From: Blastocladiella emersonii ATCC 22665
Taxonomy: Eukaryota > Fungi > Blastocladiomycota
Direction: 5' to 3'
DNA: 64,000 nucleotides
NCBI GenBank assembly: GCA_025594325.1
Contig: JANHCV010000003.1
Location: 2,356,001-2,420,000 of the forward strand
Shown here: positions 43,629 to 55,421 of the stretch, in pieces
How the letters are laid out: every line of letters begins with the position of its first letter
Position numbering within the stretch: the stretch's first letter is position 1
Notes under the pieces: model-generated
What the model saw: only the letters and a program-made list of their open reading frames with translations
Database searches by the model: none
Told to the model about the DNA's origin: nothing
Translations under genes and position numbers: made by a program

Positions 43629-44781
43629 GGTTTCGGCCTCGCGATCGTCCAGGCAGAAGGACGCGGAACGTTGCACGTTGAAGATCGGGACGGCGGACGG
43701 CGCGGGCGGCGGGGGCGGGAGGACCACGGCGGGCAGCAGCAGGTCGTCGTCGTCGTCAGAGGAGGAGGTGGGCGGGAACACCGACGAAGAGGACGAAGGC
43801 GCAGAGGAGGAAGGAGGGGAGGACCAGCTGGGGACGAGCGGTCCGAATACCGACCGGATGTAGGGCAGAATGGTTGCGGCCGACTGGGGGGATCAGGTGG
43901 GCGGGGGCGCGAGTGCGAGGAGGGGAGGAAGGGTCGGACGTCCGGCGCGGGAAGCCGAGTAGCGCAAAGAGTAGGATAATGTGTAGGGGGGAGAGTCGAG
44001 GCGCGGGGAGAGGCCGGATGTCGAGCGAGCTCAGCACAGCAGATCCGGGCACTTGCGAGCGAGCGGTGCGCGGGCCAGCGGGTATAGCGGACGGCAGCAG
44101 GTCGAGGGACGAGCTGGGCGAGTGCTGGGCCCGGGGAGGAGCGACAGCGGGCGGAGACGGTTCGCGGCGGGCGGGCGTCGGCGAGCAGCGCGAGCGAGCG
44201 TGATCCGTTGCAGCGAGGGCGGTGTGCGGCGTTGCGTGCGTCCGCGGGGAGAGTGCACCAAGTGGCGGTCGTCGCCGGCAGCGGGGAGCGTGGGGCGGCG
44301 GGGCGGGGGGTGGTCGGCGGAGACGACGGCCGAGTCGCTCGGTCGCGGTCGGCCGCCCCGCCGAAACGATCGCCCCAGGCGAGGGCGACCTTCGAATCAG
44401 CGCTCCTCCTCCACTAAAAGGTCGATGATAACGAAATTCTGTCAGCAGGTTAAAGGTTAGAGTCGCCACTACTGGGTGTATTCCTGGGCTATTCGGGGTC
44501 AGGATGCGTACTTGGGGTCTATCCGAAGTTATCCGGCCAACTGCGTAGCTCAACTCTAGGGCTCGACCGCGAAGAATACCGTTTGGTTACCCACAAAGGT
44601 CGGGATGAATAAAGCGTCCAAATGGGATATATTCAGCGCTGTCGGCCTCCAAGCTCCCACCAGGCGAAGCTGGGGGCGCTGACTCACAGCCGCCGACCCC
44701 GCGTTCGGTGAGAAACTCCACGTGACGCGAATTTTGCGGGTTTCCGGGCTGATCGTCGACATGATCCGCCTCGAGGGACGC

Positions 44782-45435
44782 TCACTCGTACTCGTCAAAC
44801 TCACACGCCGCGCCCAGCGGACACACGTCACGGTGCGCCACGAGGTGGCGGGTTCCGCCCGGCGACACGACGTACTCGGCCACCGGCGCCTGCTTCATCG
44901 CCGCCATGACGACGACGGCCTTGGGAGACCCACGGCGCACCGAACGCAGACCGAGCGCACGGCGCAACCACGCCGGTGCCGCCTCGTCGTCGAACAGCCA
45001 CGCGCCCGACACCCAGAATGTGTCCGGGTCGGCCAGCTTGGCCGGGCGGCGCTGGCGTTTCTTGTGGTGGTGGAGGCTCGGCCACACGGGCTTGGTCTCG
45101 AGGGTGGGACGCTGGCCGCCGGCCTGGTTCAGCGCCTCGGTGGACGCCGCGAGCCGTGCCTGCACCGCGTGCTGGTGCCGCCAGTGCGCGAGCTGTTTCT
45201 CGGCCAGGTACATGTGCACCGGCGTCTCGTACGGCGAGAGTGATGGTGGAGGCGGGGAGATGAGGTGCTCGACCAGGTCGGCCGTCAGCAGGGATGTCAG
45301 GTCGGTGGCCGTGCCATGGTCAGGGCGGGGGCTCGTGGCGGCCTCGTTGAACCGCTCGTGGAGCGAGCGGCGGTTGGTGAAGGCGAACGAGCTGGAGGAG
45401 GGGACGGACTGGGTGAGGATGGGCTTCAGATGCAT
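44782..45435 (-). CDS. Small orphan protein, triad member 1
   Basis: MHLKPILT...RRSLHERFNEAATSPRP...QLAHWRHQHAVQAR; motifs shared with the two upstream ORFs. Confidence 0.55.
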   Translation of the reverse strand: MHLKPILTQSVPSSSSFAFTNRRSLHERFNEAATSPRPDHGTATDLTSLLTADLVEHLISPPPPSLSPYETPVHMYLAEKQLAHWRHQHAVQARLAASTEALNQAGGQRPTLETKPVWPSLHHHKKRQRRPAKLADPDTFWVSGAWLFDDEAAPAWLRRALGLRSVRRGSPKAVVVMAAMKQAPVAEYVVSPGGTRHLVAHRDVCPLGAACEFDEYE

Positions 45436-45652
45436 GGAACGTATGGTGGGAGGTAGCAGAGAGCAGGAACCTGGGCCGAGCGGACTTGAGCTGAAGAGCG
45501 GCCGCGGCCATCGGCACCAGAGCGTCACGAGCGAGTTCATAAGGGCTGAGCAAGCCAAGTCGCGTCGCGTTTCACTCACCGTGCATACACGCCGTCACAA
45601 AGAGGAGAAGGTAAATGCATTAAGGTATCAAGAAAATACTCCCGCCGGCAAC

Positions 45653-46237
45653 TCAGCTGCTCGCCAGCACCCACCAGTGCTGCGACATGCTCTGCTCGAG
45701 TCGCGTGCGGGCATCGCGAATCTCGCTCGCGTTCGCAAGCGTGGCCTGCGAGCTAACCACCACCGGAAGCTGCTGCGGATAGCTGATAGCAGTCAAGGTG
45801 GGACTCGTAGGGCTCACGGGCTCGACGTGCGGGTGCGAGTTGGCGGCCGTCTGCGCGCGGAGCGCATGGTGATGGCGGTACTGAGTGAACTCCCGGCTCG
45901 CCTCTGTCATGAACTTGGACGTCGGTGACGACGTGGCACGCTTGGGTGGCGGCGACGGGATGAGGTGGGCGACGAGGCTGTCGACCGGGTCGAACGCCGA
46001 CGTGAGCGAGGTCAGGTCGAGGTCCGACGAGTTGCTGCTGCGAAGCGACGACGTTGACGGCGACGCCGTTCCGAACCGCAACCCCCAAATGTCCGCCGTG
46101 GACGACGGCGTCGGGGTCATGTCGAACACGGGCGACCGCGGGCTCGTAGCAATGGCGTGAAACCGCTCGTGCAGCGAACCGCGGCGGGCCGAGTACGGGG
46201 TGTTGCTGAGGACGGTGTCGATGACAAGGGGCTGCAT
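45653..46237 (-). CDS. Small orphan protein, triad member 2 (ORF is open upstream to 46384)
   Basis: MQPLVIDT...RRGSLHERFHAIATSPRSPVFDM...FMTEASREFTQYRHHHALRAQ. Confidence 0.6.
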   Translation of the reverse strand: MQPLVIDTVLSNTPYSARRGSLHERFHAIATSPRSPVFDMTPTPSSTADIWGLRFGTASPSTSSLRSSNSSDLDLTSLTSAFDPVDSLVAHLIPSPPPKRATSSPTSKFMTEASREFTQYRHHHALRAQTAANSHPHVEPVSPTSPTLTAISYPQQLPVVVSSQATLANASEIRDARTRLEQSMSQHWWVLASS

Positions 46238-46887
46238 TCTTGGGAATGGTGGCGCTTGTCGATTACAATTCTTGGGGACGGGTGCTTGTTCCGTGAGGGA
46301 GCGAGAGAGGACTGGCGGTGAGCTGCTCTTTGAAGGGCCGGCGAGGTCGATGAATGCACGCGTGATGGGCTGCGAGGCAGTCATGCGTCTCTCACGTGCT
46401 GCACGCGAGACAGTCAAGCCTCGAAGCAAGTGGCTTTGAGAGACGCGCTGCGCCACATTTAGTGCACGGTGCAATTTAGTGGTTGCCTTGGTTCAAATTG
46501 GCCGAAAACAGCGCCTTGACGATTGTTAATGGACGGCCAGAAATCTGGTGGACACGATGCTGGGCCGTACAACTAGCAAGTGACGGCGGGCACAACGCGG
46601 TGCCGTTAAGCGTGTGAGCGACGGCAGGTGCATCCTGGACAACTCCTTTTATCGTGGTTCTGAGTGAGCATCGAGAGTGATATGGGGTTCCTCTTTCCTT
46701 AACGTTCAGGGTAGTCGGAAATTGTGTTCCGCAGGCCATGCGAACCGCGACAACACGAGTTACAACAAACCTCTCAACAACTTGAGCCTTTCGCTCAACG
46801 AAGCGCGGAACAAGAAGAACTTTGAGTATATCCAGGTATCAACTTCAAACAGTGCAAAAAGCGAAGGTCGACATCGACTCGGTCGAC

Positions 46888-47190
46888 TTAGACCGTCGCG
46901 GACTTGGCGCGCAGAGCCTTCTGCTCGCGGCGGAACTGGTTGAACTCGCGACTTGCCTCGTCCGTGTACGTCGAAGCAGGCGAAGCAGGACTCTTCGGCA
47001 TCGGCGCGAAGAGCTGAGTAGCGAGCTTGTCCGAATTCGCCAACGTGTCGTAGGTCGGCTTGTACGGATTCGCCATGAACACGGGCGAGCGCGGAGTCGT
47101 CGGGGCGGCACGGAAACGGTCGTGGAGAGACGCGATACGGGACGCGCCGATGGCCGTCATGATGACAAGGGGCTCCTGCATGGCCGGCAT
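46888..47190 (-). CDS. Small orphan protein, triad member 3
   Basis: MQEPLVIMT...RIASLHDRFRAAPTTPRSPVFM...YTDEASREFNQFRREQKALRAK. Confidence 0.6.
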   Translation of the reverse strand: MPAMQEPLVIMTAIGASRIASLHDRFRAAPTTPRSPVFMANPYKPTYDTLANSDKLATQLFAPMPKSPASPASTYTDEASREFNQFRREQKALRAKSATV

Positions 47191-47663
47191 ATTTCTCACA
47201 GTGACTCGGTCGTATGTATGTTGATGGGATTTGGTACTGGTAACTGGAGAGAGCCTTTTCGGAGAGAGACAGTTTTGAAGGGAAGCAACTCCCGGTTCAA
47301 GGGCTGGGCATGCATATGCGACTGACAGGTGCGCGAAAAGGGTTGAAGCCACTCACGTGCAAATTACTGGTTGTTCGAGCGCCACGCGCTTGCGTTGCGC
47401 CACACCGACCGCGGCCATCGACTGGTGCGTACCGAAAGCCCCTTCGCAACTTCATGCGTTTTCTTGGCGGCTTGTACGTTCCTAATTCGGCTCTGACATA
47501 TCTCATATGCACGCGCTGTCCAACGGCAGACGGCAATAATCGTTGCGATCGAACCGCGCCGCTGCGCTCCGCACTTTCTGCCTGGGCGCTCAATTCAGCT
47601 CGATTCAAACAAAACTTAACATTCTTTGGTAGCCGGCTGAACAAAATATTCACACGTGATTCA

Positions 47664-49592
47664 TCAAGGGGCACACATGCGCTCCAGAACAACTCTTGAG
47701 CCACGCGCGTCAAAGGCAACAGTGGTTGAGGTGCCGCGGGACATGATGAGCTGGGTGAGTCCGCTGGGATAGTTTTTGGCGAGGACGAGAGCCCCGGTTC
47801 TTGTGATTGCGTTTCTGCACAGATTCAAATATTGCAAGCGGTCGGGAAGCACTGGTGCGAGGGCTGAAATGGCTGCATTGTCGAGATTGGTCGCGCGCAC
47901 GTCCAGGTGTTTAAGATGCGGAGGCATGTTGGCCGCGAGTAACTTGGCCCCATCGGATCTGATGTCGCAAGTACCAATATCAAGCCAAGTGATCGAAGGC
48001 AGAATCGACGGAATAAGCGCCAGCATGCCAGCGTGTGAGATTTTGCAGTTGTGAACACCCAGAGTCTCGAGCCCACAAGGAAGCAGTTGGGCAAGTTCAA
48101 CGACCGCTGCGTCGCTGGCAACTTCGAGGTAGAGTTTAAGACTGGTGAGCGATAACGAATGCGCGCGCAGCACACTCACAAGTTGAGGAGTCCACACACT
48201 CCCCGAGTATTGAAGTGATGAGAGCCGCACCCGAAGAGTGCTGAGATCTGGAGCTGCCGGTACAATGTGCGATGATCCGTGTCGCGAACGAACTGCGCCG
48301 TCGGATATACGGCCGATCGACAAATGCTGGAGAGAAGCAGGAAGAATGTTGACGACTGAAGCAAACCCCAAACTTGTCAAGCGATTACCCGGCATTTCGA
48401 GGCGCTCGAGAGATGTAGGAAGTGCTCGAACAAGCTCGTGTGCAGCGCAATCATCAAGCGAGCAGTCGTATGCGATTAGGGTTCGTAGGGTGGCGGGCAG
48501 AGCTTGAAAGAGATACGGAATTGCGCCGACAAGCTTGGTAGCTGAGAAGCGAAGAGACTCGAGACCATCGTGTCACGGTTCAGTGATCCGACGGCTCGGG
48601 CTGGTGGCGCGGGCTGGTGGCGCAGTCCCTCATAAGCCAAGCGTTGCCCTCGCTCTCCCTCTCTCTTGTCATTCGTGATACAAGGTGTAAGGTGCCGAGG
48701 GGGAGGGTCTTGTGCCACGAGGAATGACTAGCCGGATAATGAAGGATTGTATCACGAATGATAAGAGAGAGGGAGAGCGAGGGCAACGCTCGGCTTATGA
48801 GGGACTGCGCCACCAGCCCGCGCCACCAGCCCGAGCCGTCGGATCACTGAACCGTGACACATCGGGCCAACTCATTGGAGTGAGACGGGTGCCCGGTGCA
48901 ATCGTGCTACCAAGCCAGTACCCTTCAACGGCTACCTTGCGTACAGTGTCGGGAAAGCGCATGGCAAGCAGTCGAGGAAGGTCCACCGTGCACGTGTAGA
49001 GGTAAACCTCCTGCAGATCTTGGGAAGGGCTAGCCATGGCTTCGTTCAGGGCGCCGACGTCGGTTTTCGAAATCGGCTTAGCCTCGAGTGAAAGTTCCGT
49101 AATTTCACCGTCTGCTATATCATTGCAGCTTTCTTCAAGGCTCTGGCCGTCGTCGGCATTCTTCTTCGGCCAAGTTCCAAGAGCGACGTGGGCTTCGAAG
49201 CCATTATCGCGCTCGTTTACCCAAGGCTCGAGCACTTCGTGGTTAAGCATGCCTGTGTCGCGCCACCACTCGAGCGTTTCGAGATGTCGCTCGTCAAGTG
49301 CGGTTCCCAAGGCGTCCATAGGACAAGCGAGCGGGATGCCAAGCGACGCCCACTTGTCAAGCGCACGGAGGTTGCCGCGCGCAGTCGCTCCCGCGAGAGT
49401 GAGGTGTGACGCGTGCTCCAAGAGCGAACGATCGATGCGCGGAGCCATGGCGCGTGGCAAGACTCGAGCATATTGCAAGATACCGTCGGCGTCGTCCGGG
49501 TCGCCGTGCTGGGCAATCGCGTGGACCAAGATGCGCTCGAGGATCTCGGGGACGTGCATAGCCCCGAGCATCATTTTGCATGTAGTATTCAT
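47664..49592 (-). pseudogene. RNI-like LRR protein with F-box-like N-terminus, interrupted by a MITE
   Basis: VPEILERILVHAI at the N-terminus; LP.xL.xL.L LRR units. Removing 48571-48859 plus one TSD copy gives a continuous frame ...SWPD|GLESLRFSA...LERLEMPGNRL. Confidence 0.85.
48571..48859. mobile_element. Fold-back MITE, 289 bp, TGT...ACA ends, 113-bp TIRs, 5-bp TSD
   Basis: Arms 48571-48683 and 48747-48859 (2 mismatches); CATCG duplicated at 48566-48570 and 48860-48864. Confidence 0.92.
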
Positions 49593-49774
49593 TGCTCCCG
49601 GTTAAGGGGGTGATGGTGGTGCGTCGTCGTCGTCGAGGAGCAAGCGTTGGCTCCAGCGGCGCATCGCGTTGAGACGAGACCGCGCGCGTCGCTCATCACC
49701 TGATAGATCGACGCGTTCCCTTCCTGTCTCAAGTCTTTCGAATGCTCATGTACGCGAAATGCTATCTATATCAA

Positions 49775-52700
49775 CTACTCGTCATGCTCCGCGACGAGCC
49801 CCGACTGCTTGGCGAGGCTGTAGAACCGCGACTCGGGCTGGCGGATCAGCTCACTTGGCGAGCCGCGCTCGACGATGCGGCCGTGATCGAGGTACAGCAC
49901 GGTGTCGTAGTCGAGCACGGTCCCGATCCGATGGGCGATGCAAATCACGGTGCAGTCGCGGAACTGCTCGCGGATCGTCGCCTGCACCAGTGCGTCGGTC
50001 GTGTGGTCCGTGTTCGCCGTGCTCTCGTCGAGGATCTGCAGGAAACACGAGTCAGTCATTAGAGGTCATGAGAATAAGACGAGAGAGTGACGCACCAGAA
50101 TGCGCGACTTGCGGATCACGGCGCGGGCGAGGCACAGCAGCTGCGCCTGGCCGACGCTGAGCGCGCCCTTGGCTGGCTCGTCGAGGCCGCGGGGCAGCGA
50201 GCGGATGTGGTCGGCGAGGTGCACCGCCTCCAGCGCACGCCAGATCTCGGCGTCGGACATGGCGCCGTACGGGTCGACGTTGGCGCGGACCGACCCAACC
50301 GACTCCTCCTCGCCCGCGTTCCCCTCGTCCTCGTCGCTGCTTCCGCCGAAAATGAACGCGTCCTGCGGCAGGATCGTGACGCGCGAGCGGAGCACGTCGA
50401 GCGGGACCGCGGCAATGTTGACGCCGTCGATGCGGATGGAGCCCGCCGCCGCCTCGAACCCGCGCAGCAGGGCCAAAACCGTCGACGACTTGCCCGAGCC
50501 CGTCCGGCCCACGAGGCACACCTTCTCGCCGGGCGCGACGCTGAGGTCGAGGTCCGACAGGACGAGCGGCAGCTCGGGGCGGTACCGCGCGGCGTACCCC
50601 GCGAACTCGACGCGGCCGTCAGCGGGCCACAACGCGTCGGACTCGATCGTCGCGCAGGTTTCCTCGGGCGGCAGATCGAGGTACTCCTGGATGCGCTCGA
50701 CGGACACGGCCTCCTGCTCGAGCTGGCACGACTCGTCGACGAGCTCGTCGAGGACCCACGCCATCTCCTGGGCCTGCGTGAGACTGAGCCCGATGAGGAC
50801 CGCGCCCTGGCCGGGGAACAGGACGGCGAGCAGCGCGGCCGCGAAGATGACGACGGCCGCGATCATCTTGAGCCCGCGCTTGAGCCACTGGTGGACCGCG
50901 AGGTGCGCCGTCTTGGCGCGGAGGTGCGTGTTGGTGCGCTCGTGAGCGAGGGCGAGGTACCGCGCCGACTGGCCGTGCGCGCGGATCGTGGAGAGGCCGT
51001 CGAGCGTCTCGGAAAAGACCTGGTACATGGGCGACGTGGTCACGGCCTCGATGCGCTGCAGCTCGCGCCCGACACGGATGAAGCGCGACGCGTAGTAGTG
51101 GAAGCCGAACGCGAGCGGGACCAGGACGAGCGCAAAGTGCGGGGTCGCGACGAGGATCGTGGTGATCACGATCGTCGCGGTGATGGCGTTGTGCGCAACG
51201 CGGTACGCGATGTTGGGCAGCGTCGCGTCGATGGTTGAGATGTCCTTGGCGAAGCGGTTCATGACGCGGCCTAACACCGAATGAAATGAGCTCAATCGCG
51301 ACCTAGAGTCAGAAGGAAGCGTACCAGATGGAGTCGTGTCAAAGAACGAGAGCGGCAACCTCAGAACGCGCCCCGCAAGCTGCGTCGAGATGGCGAGCGC
51401 GGCCTTGACCGCGAGACACGCGAACACCCAGTTGGCCGCGAACGTGAACAGGCCGATCGACCCGTTGAGCGTGCCGAGCACGCCGAGGTAGAAGCCCGCG
51501 TCGCCGGCGCCGCCCGACTCACCCCAGTGCCCCGCCCAGTAGTTGGCGACCGTCTCGCTCGCAATGGATCCGACAATTAGCACGAAATGGCCGAGCGCCG
51601 CGGGAACGCCAATGTATCGCGCGTACTGCAGGTACACGGCCCAATCGACAGACCCTCGCCGCATCCCTTCCTCGTCGTCGTCGTCGCAGCAGTCCTCGGC
51701 GGGGATCAGGGCCTCGGCGGACGACGGTGTGGAAGGCGACGGGGAAGGCGAAGTGGGATCGTAGAGCTGCGCGTCGAGGGCCTTGCTCGCGCGGTGCGTG
51801 CTGCGGGCGGACCGACAGCGAGCGACGCGCGACTCGGCCGTCTCGGGGTCGACGAGCGTGGGAGGTGGTGCGTCGACGCGCTTGGCCTGGTACTCGCGCA
51901 CCATGGCTGCGAACACGCCGCCCTCGATCGCCATGAGCTCGGCGGGCGGGCCCTGCTCGATGATGGTGCCGCGGCTGCACACCACGACGTGGTCGGCGCG
52001 GTGGACGTGGTGCAGGGCGTGTGTCACCAGGACGCGCGTCGTGTTCTTGAGCACCCCCTCGATCAGGTGCTCGAACAGGTGGTGGTCGACGCGCACGTCG
52101 ACCGATCCCAAAACATCGTCGAGCAAGGCACACGGGTTCGCGCCACTCGCGTCGCCCGAGTTGGTGGCGGTGGCCGAGACGACGCACGCGTACGCGGCGC
52201 GCGCACACGTGAGGCGCACCTGCTGGCCCTTGGACAGCGTGAGCCCGCGCTCGCCGATGAGCGTGCGGTCGCCGAGGGGCATGGCGGCGAGGTCGCGGTC
52301 GAGCGCGCACGCGTGGACCGCGCGCGCGTACTGGTCGGCGTCGAACGCGAGACCAAACGTCACGTTGTTGCGGATCGTGTCGTTGAGGATCCACGGGCGC
52401 TGCGACACGTACGACGCGCGGCCGCCGACGCCGACGGTGCCCGAGACGAGCGGGATGTCGCCGAGGAGCGCCGACAGCAGCGACGACTTGGAGCTGCCGA
52501 CCGAGCCGACGACCATGACGAGCGAGCCCGGCGCGATGTCGAGGTTGATGTCACGCGGCGTCGGCTCGGTAGACGCGGCGGTCGACTCGTCGACGCCGTC
52601 GTCGCGCGACGCCCACTTGAAGGTCCCGCCGCGGACACGGATCGCGCCGCGCTCGGACAGCTGCTCGACGTACTCGTCGCGGTCGGGCGCCGACAGAAAC

Positions 52701-54338
52701 GCGGCGAGTCGCTTGTACGCCGTGACGCCCGAGATGAGCGGCTGCAGCGACCAGATGAACCCGTAAAGCGGGCCCTTGATGAACCCAATGGCGGAGAGCG
52801 TGACAAAGACGAGCTCAACCGTGATCTCGCCACGCCCGCTCGCCGCGTACGCCGCGAACATGGCGAACGCCGAGAGCGGCGGGATGAGGAAGAAGAGCGT
52901 GTACAGGACGGCCTCGACGTTATACACGCGCCGCTGGAACGCGAGCTCGCGCGCGCGGTGGCCCGCGATGCGGCCGAGGAACGTGTCCGTCCACCCGCTG
53001 AGCTTGACGGTCTTGATGCCGAGCACCGCCTCGCGCGCCGCTGACACGCGGCGGTCCATGTTGGCCATCTTAGCGTCGTTGAGCCGCAGCAGGACCTTGC
53101 CGACGACCGTGTTGATCGGGATGAAGGCGACGAGGACGGCAATTCCGATGAGTGCGAACGAGCCCATGGTGTTCCACAGCCACGCGAAGCTGACGAGCAG
53201 CGTCGCGACGCGGAGCGGGTACGGCAGCGCGGCCTCGATGCCCTGGCCGAGCGCGCCCGCGTCGATCTGCATGTGGTTGAGGACCGCCGAGTGCGCGTCG
53301 TCGCTCGTAATGGGCGCGCGGAGCGCCTTGGCGTACACGAGCGCGCTCAGCGTGGCCGTGATCCGGGCGGCCGCGTACCGGCCGAGCGCGTTCGCGTGGT
53401 CGCCCGACAGCTCCGAGACGACGAACACGACGAGGTACGCGGCGGCGATCAGGATCCCGCGGCTGATCGAGTCGGCAGCGTCCGCGACGTTGCGCAAGAG
53501 AAGTTGGAGGAGGTACGGGAAGACGAGCGAGCTGAGCACACTGCCCATGTAGAGCGACGCGATGCCGAGCCACGACCACCCGAACGCGGCGACGAGGACG
53601 CGCGCGAGCGAGGCGTTGGGGTTGGCGGTGCGGGCAGCGAGGAACCGGGTGACGCCGCGCTCGACGCGGTCGCGCGGGTGTAGCTGCCACAGGTCGGCGA
53701 GCTCGAGGTACTTGCGGTTGCCGAGGCGCACGAGCGGCGCGGCCCAGAAGAACATGATGCGGCTGATCAGCGTCGAGGCGAACTCGGGCGGGTGCTACGG
53801 ACAGTGGGTCAGCAACGGCGCGCACGACGACGCGGGTACGTCGAACGCACGTTCTGCTCGGCGACGTGGCGCGAGCCACGGACCGAGACCGACTCGAGGA
53901 CGAGGAGCGACCCAGCAACAGCGAGCCGAGCGACCGTCCAGGTAAGATCGGCCTGGTCGAGAATGAGCGAGCGGAGCATGATCCCGTTGACGACGACGTC
54001 GAGAAGGTATGTCCACGTCAGGGCCGTGGACGGCTGCGTCGACTTGAGGCACTCGGCCTCGTGCAGGTGGCTGGCGGCGACGTAGGCGATGATGCGGGCG
54101 ACATCGGCGATGTTGGACGCGGTCGAGTCGGACTCGACGACGAGGTGCGCGGCCGCGATTGCGGCGGCGGCAAAGGCGAGCCCACGCTTGACGCGGAGAA
54201 CGACGTGAGAGGCCCTCGAGTTGCTGAGGGCGGCGACATGCGGATCGAGATGTGGGCGCGAGCGGAGGTAGGCGTATCGGCCAGCGATACCGAGCAGGGC
54301 CGCGGCGAGGACGGCGGGTTGAAGCACTCTGCAAGCAT
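49775..54338 (-). CDS. ABCC/MRP-type full ABC transporter, multi-exon, possible 5' frameshift
   Basis: FFWAAPLVRLGNRKYLELADLW (lasso/L0), TMD1, NBD1 GSVGSSKS/LSKGQ/LLDD, TMD2 (FFDTTPSGRVMNRF), NBD2 GRTGSGKS/LSVGQ/LILDEST. Confidence 0.9.
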
Positions 54339-55073
54339 CGACACGACGCGTCAGTTCTCTCTGTCAATGTTCATTGACGCGAGGAGATCGCACCCGAGCT
54401 GGAAGCAGTACGACAGGTCGATCGGACGGTCGGGAGAGCCCAGGAGCTAGACGTCGTCGCGGTCAAATCTTCACCTTCCGGCCCAGATCATCGCGAAACC
54501 ACCCCGTACGAGCTCATCCTCGCCGGGTGGACAGAATGCAGCAGCCATCTACTGCACAATTCGCTCGAGGAACAAAGGTCGGTTTCGATAGAGTTGCGCA
54601 GGGAGCGGCATCGCGGGGCAGGGGACATCGCTGGTTTTGAGGTCCCCCGATCCGCCGACCGTTCTCACGCTCGCTCGCTGCCTGACTCGATCCGCCCCAT
54701 TCCCCGGGGTCCACATCGACTGACCCGTCGCCGGCGATGGGCCTAGTGACTTGGCCGTGACGAGAGCGAGCTCGTCGGAGCGCGCCGGCAGATTCCGCGC
54801 AGAGACAATGCATCGAGTTGACGAGGGTAAAATCATGTATTATCGCGTCACATAGCTTCATTCCGCGCCCGATGGAAGAGCCGCAGTGGGTGCCGACGCG
54901 TTTGCGAAACGTCCATCGCCAGCCTAGCGACGCGTCACTCGGCATCAGCTGACTCGAAACACACCCTCGCGCTCGAGCCGGCCGCGCTCCACGCACCGCC
55001 GCCATCGCGTCGGGCAGGACGGCGTCTGGCACCGTCAGTCAAACCACAACCACCTGCAACGTAATCGAACACC

Positions 55074-55366
55074 ATGGCATCCAACGTCCGCTACTTTGCG
55101 CCCATTGAGGACATCCAGGTCCTGAGCACCAAGTCCGTGTCCGAGGAGAAGGCCACGGCGATCCTGCGCAAGTTTGTCGAGGGCGACGCGACCGCGCACA
55201 ACGTATGTGTTCTGTGGTTCTCCCCAACTGAGGCCTGGACTGATCCTCGCCCTCATAGGTGCCCAACGAGACCGTGTACCAGCTCAAGCAGGTGCTGGGC
55301 GGCATCACGGGCGAGAACGTGGCGGCCGCGCCCGAGGATGGCGATGCCGACATGGACGGCCAGTAA
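55074..55366 (+). CDS. Small protein, possibly RNA polymerase I subunit A14-like, 2 exons
   Basis: About 79 aa; VSEEKATAILRKFV...YQLKQVLGGITG resembles the two-helix Rpa14 pattern; one GT-AG intron. Confidence 0.45.
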
Positions 55367-55421
55367 CCGTTTCAAACGTGTGTAAATAGAGTCTCTCATC
55401 ATGCCCAAAACACACACACCT

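Noticed and set aside
43640-44780. Long purine-rich intergenic stretch with ORFs 43756-44553 and 43398-43979
   Set aside because: Low-complexity translations; most likely the PP4R3 5' UTR/promoter.
47297-47719. 140-aa minus-strand ORF between the LRR gene and the triad
   Set aside because: No codon bias or motif; probably intergenic.
48571-48859. Solo LTR interpretation of the TG...CA element
   Set aside because: About 78% of its length is self-complementary, which is not typical of an LTR; no PBS/PPT or retroelement ORF nearby.
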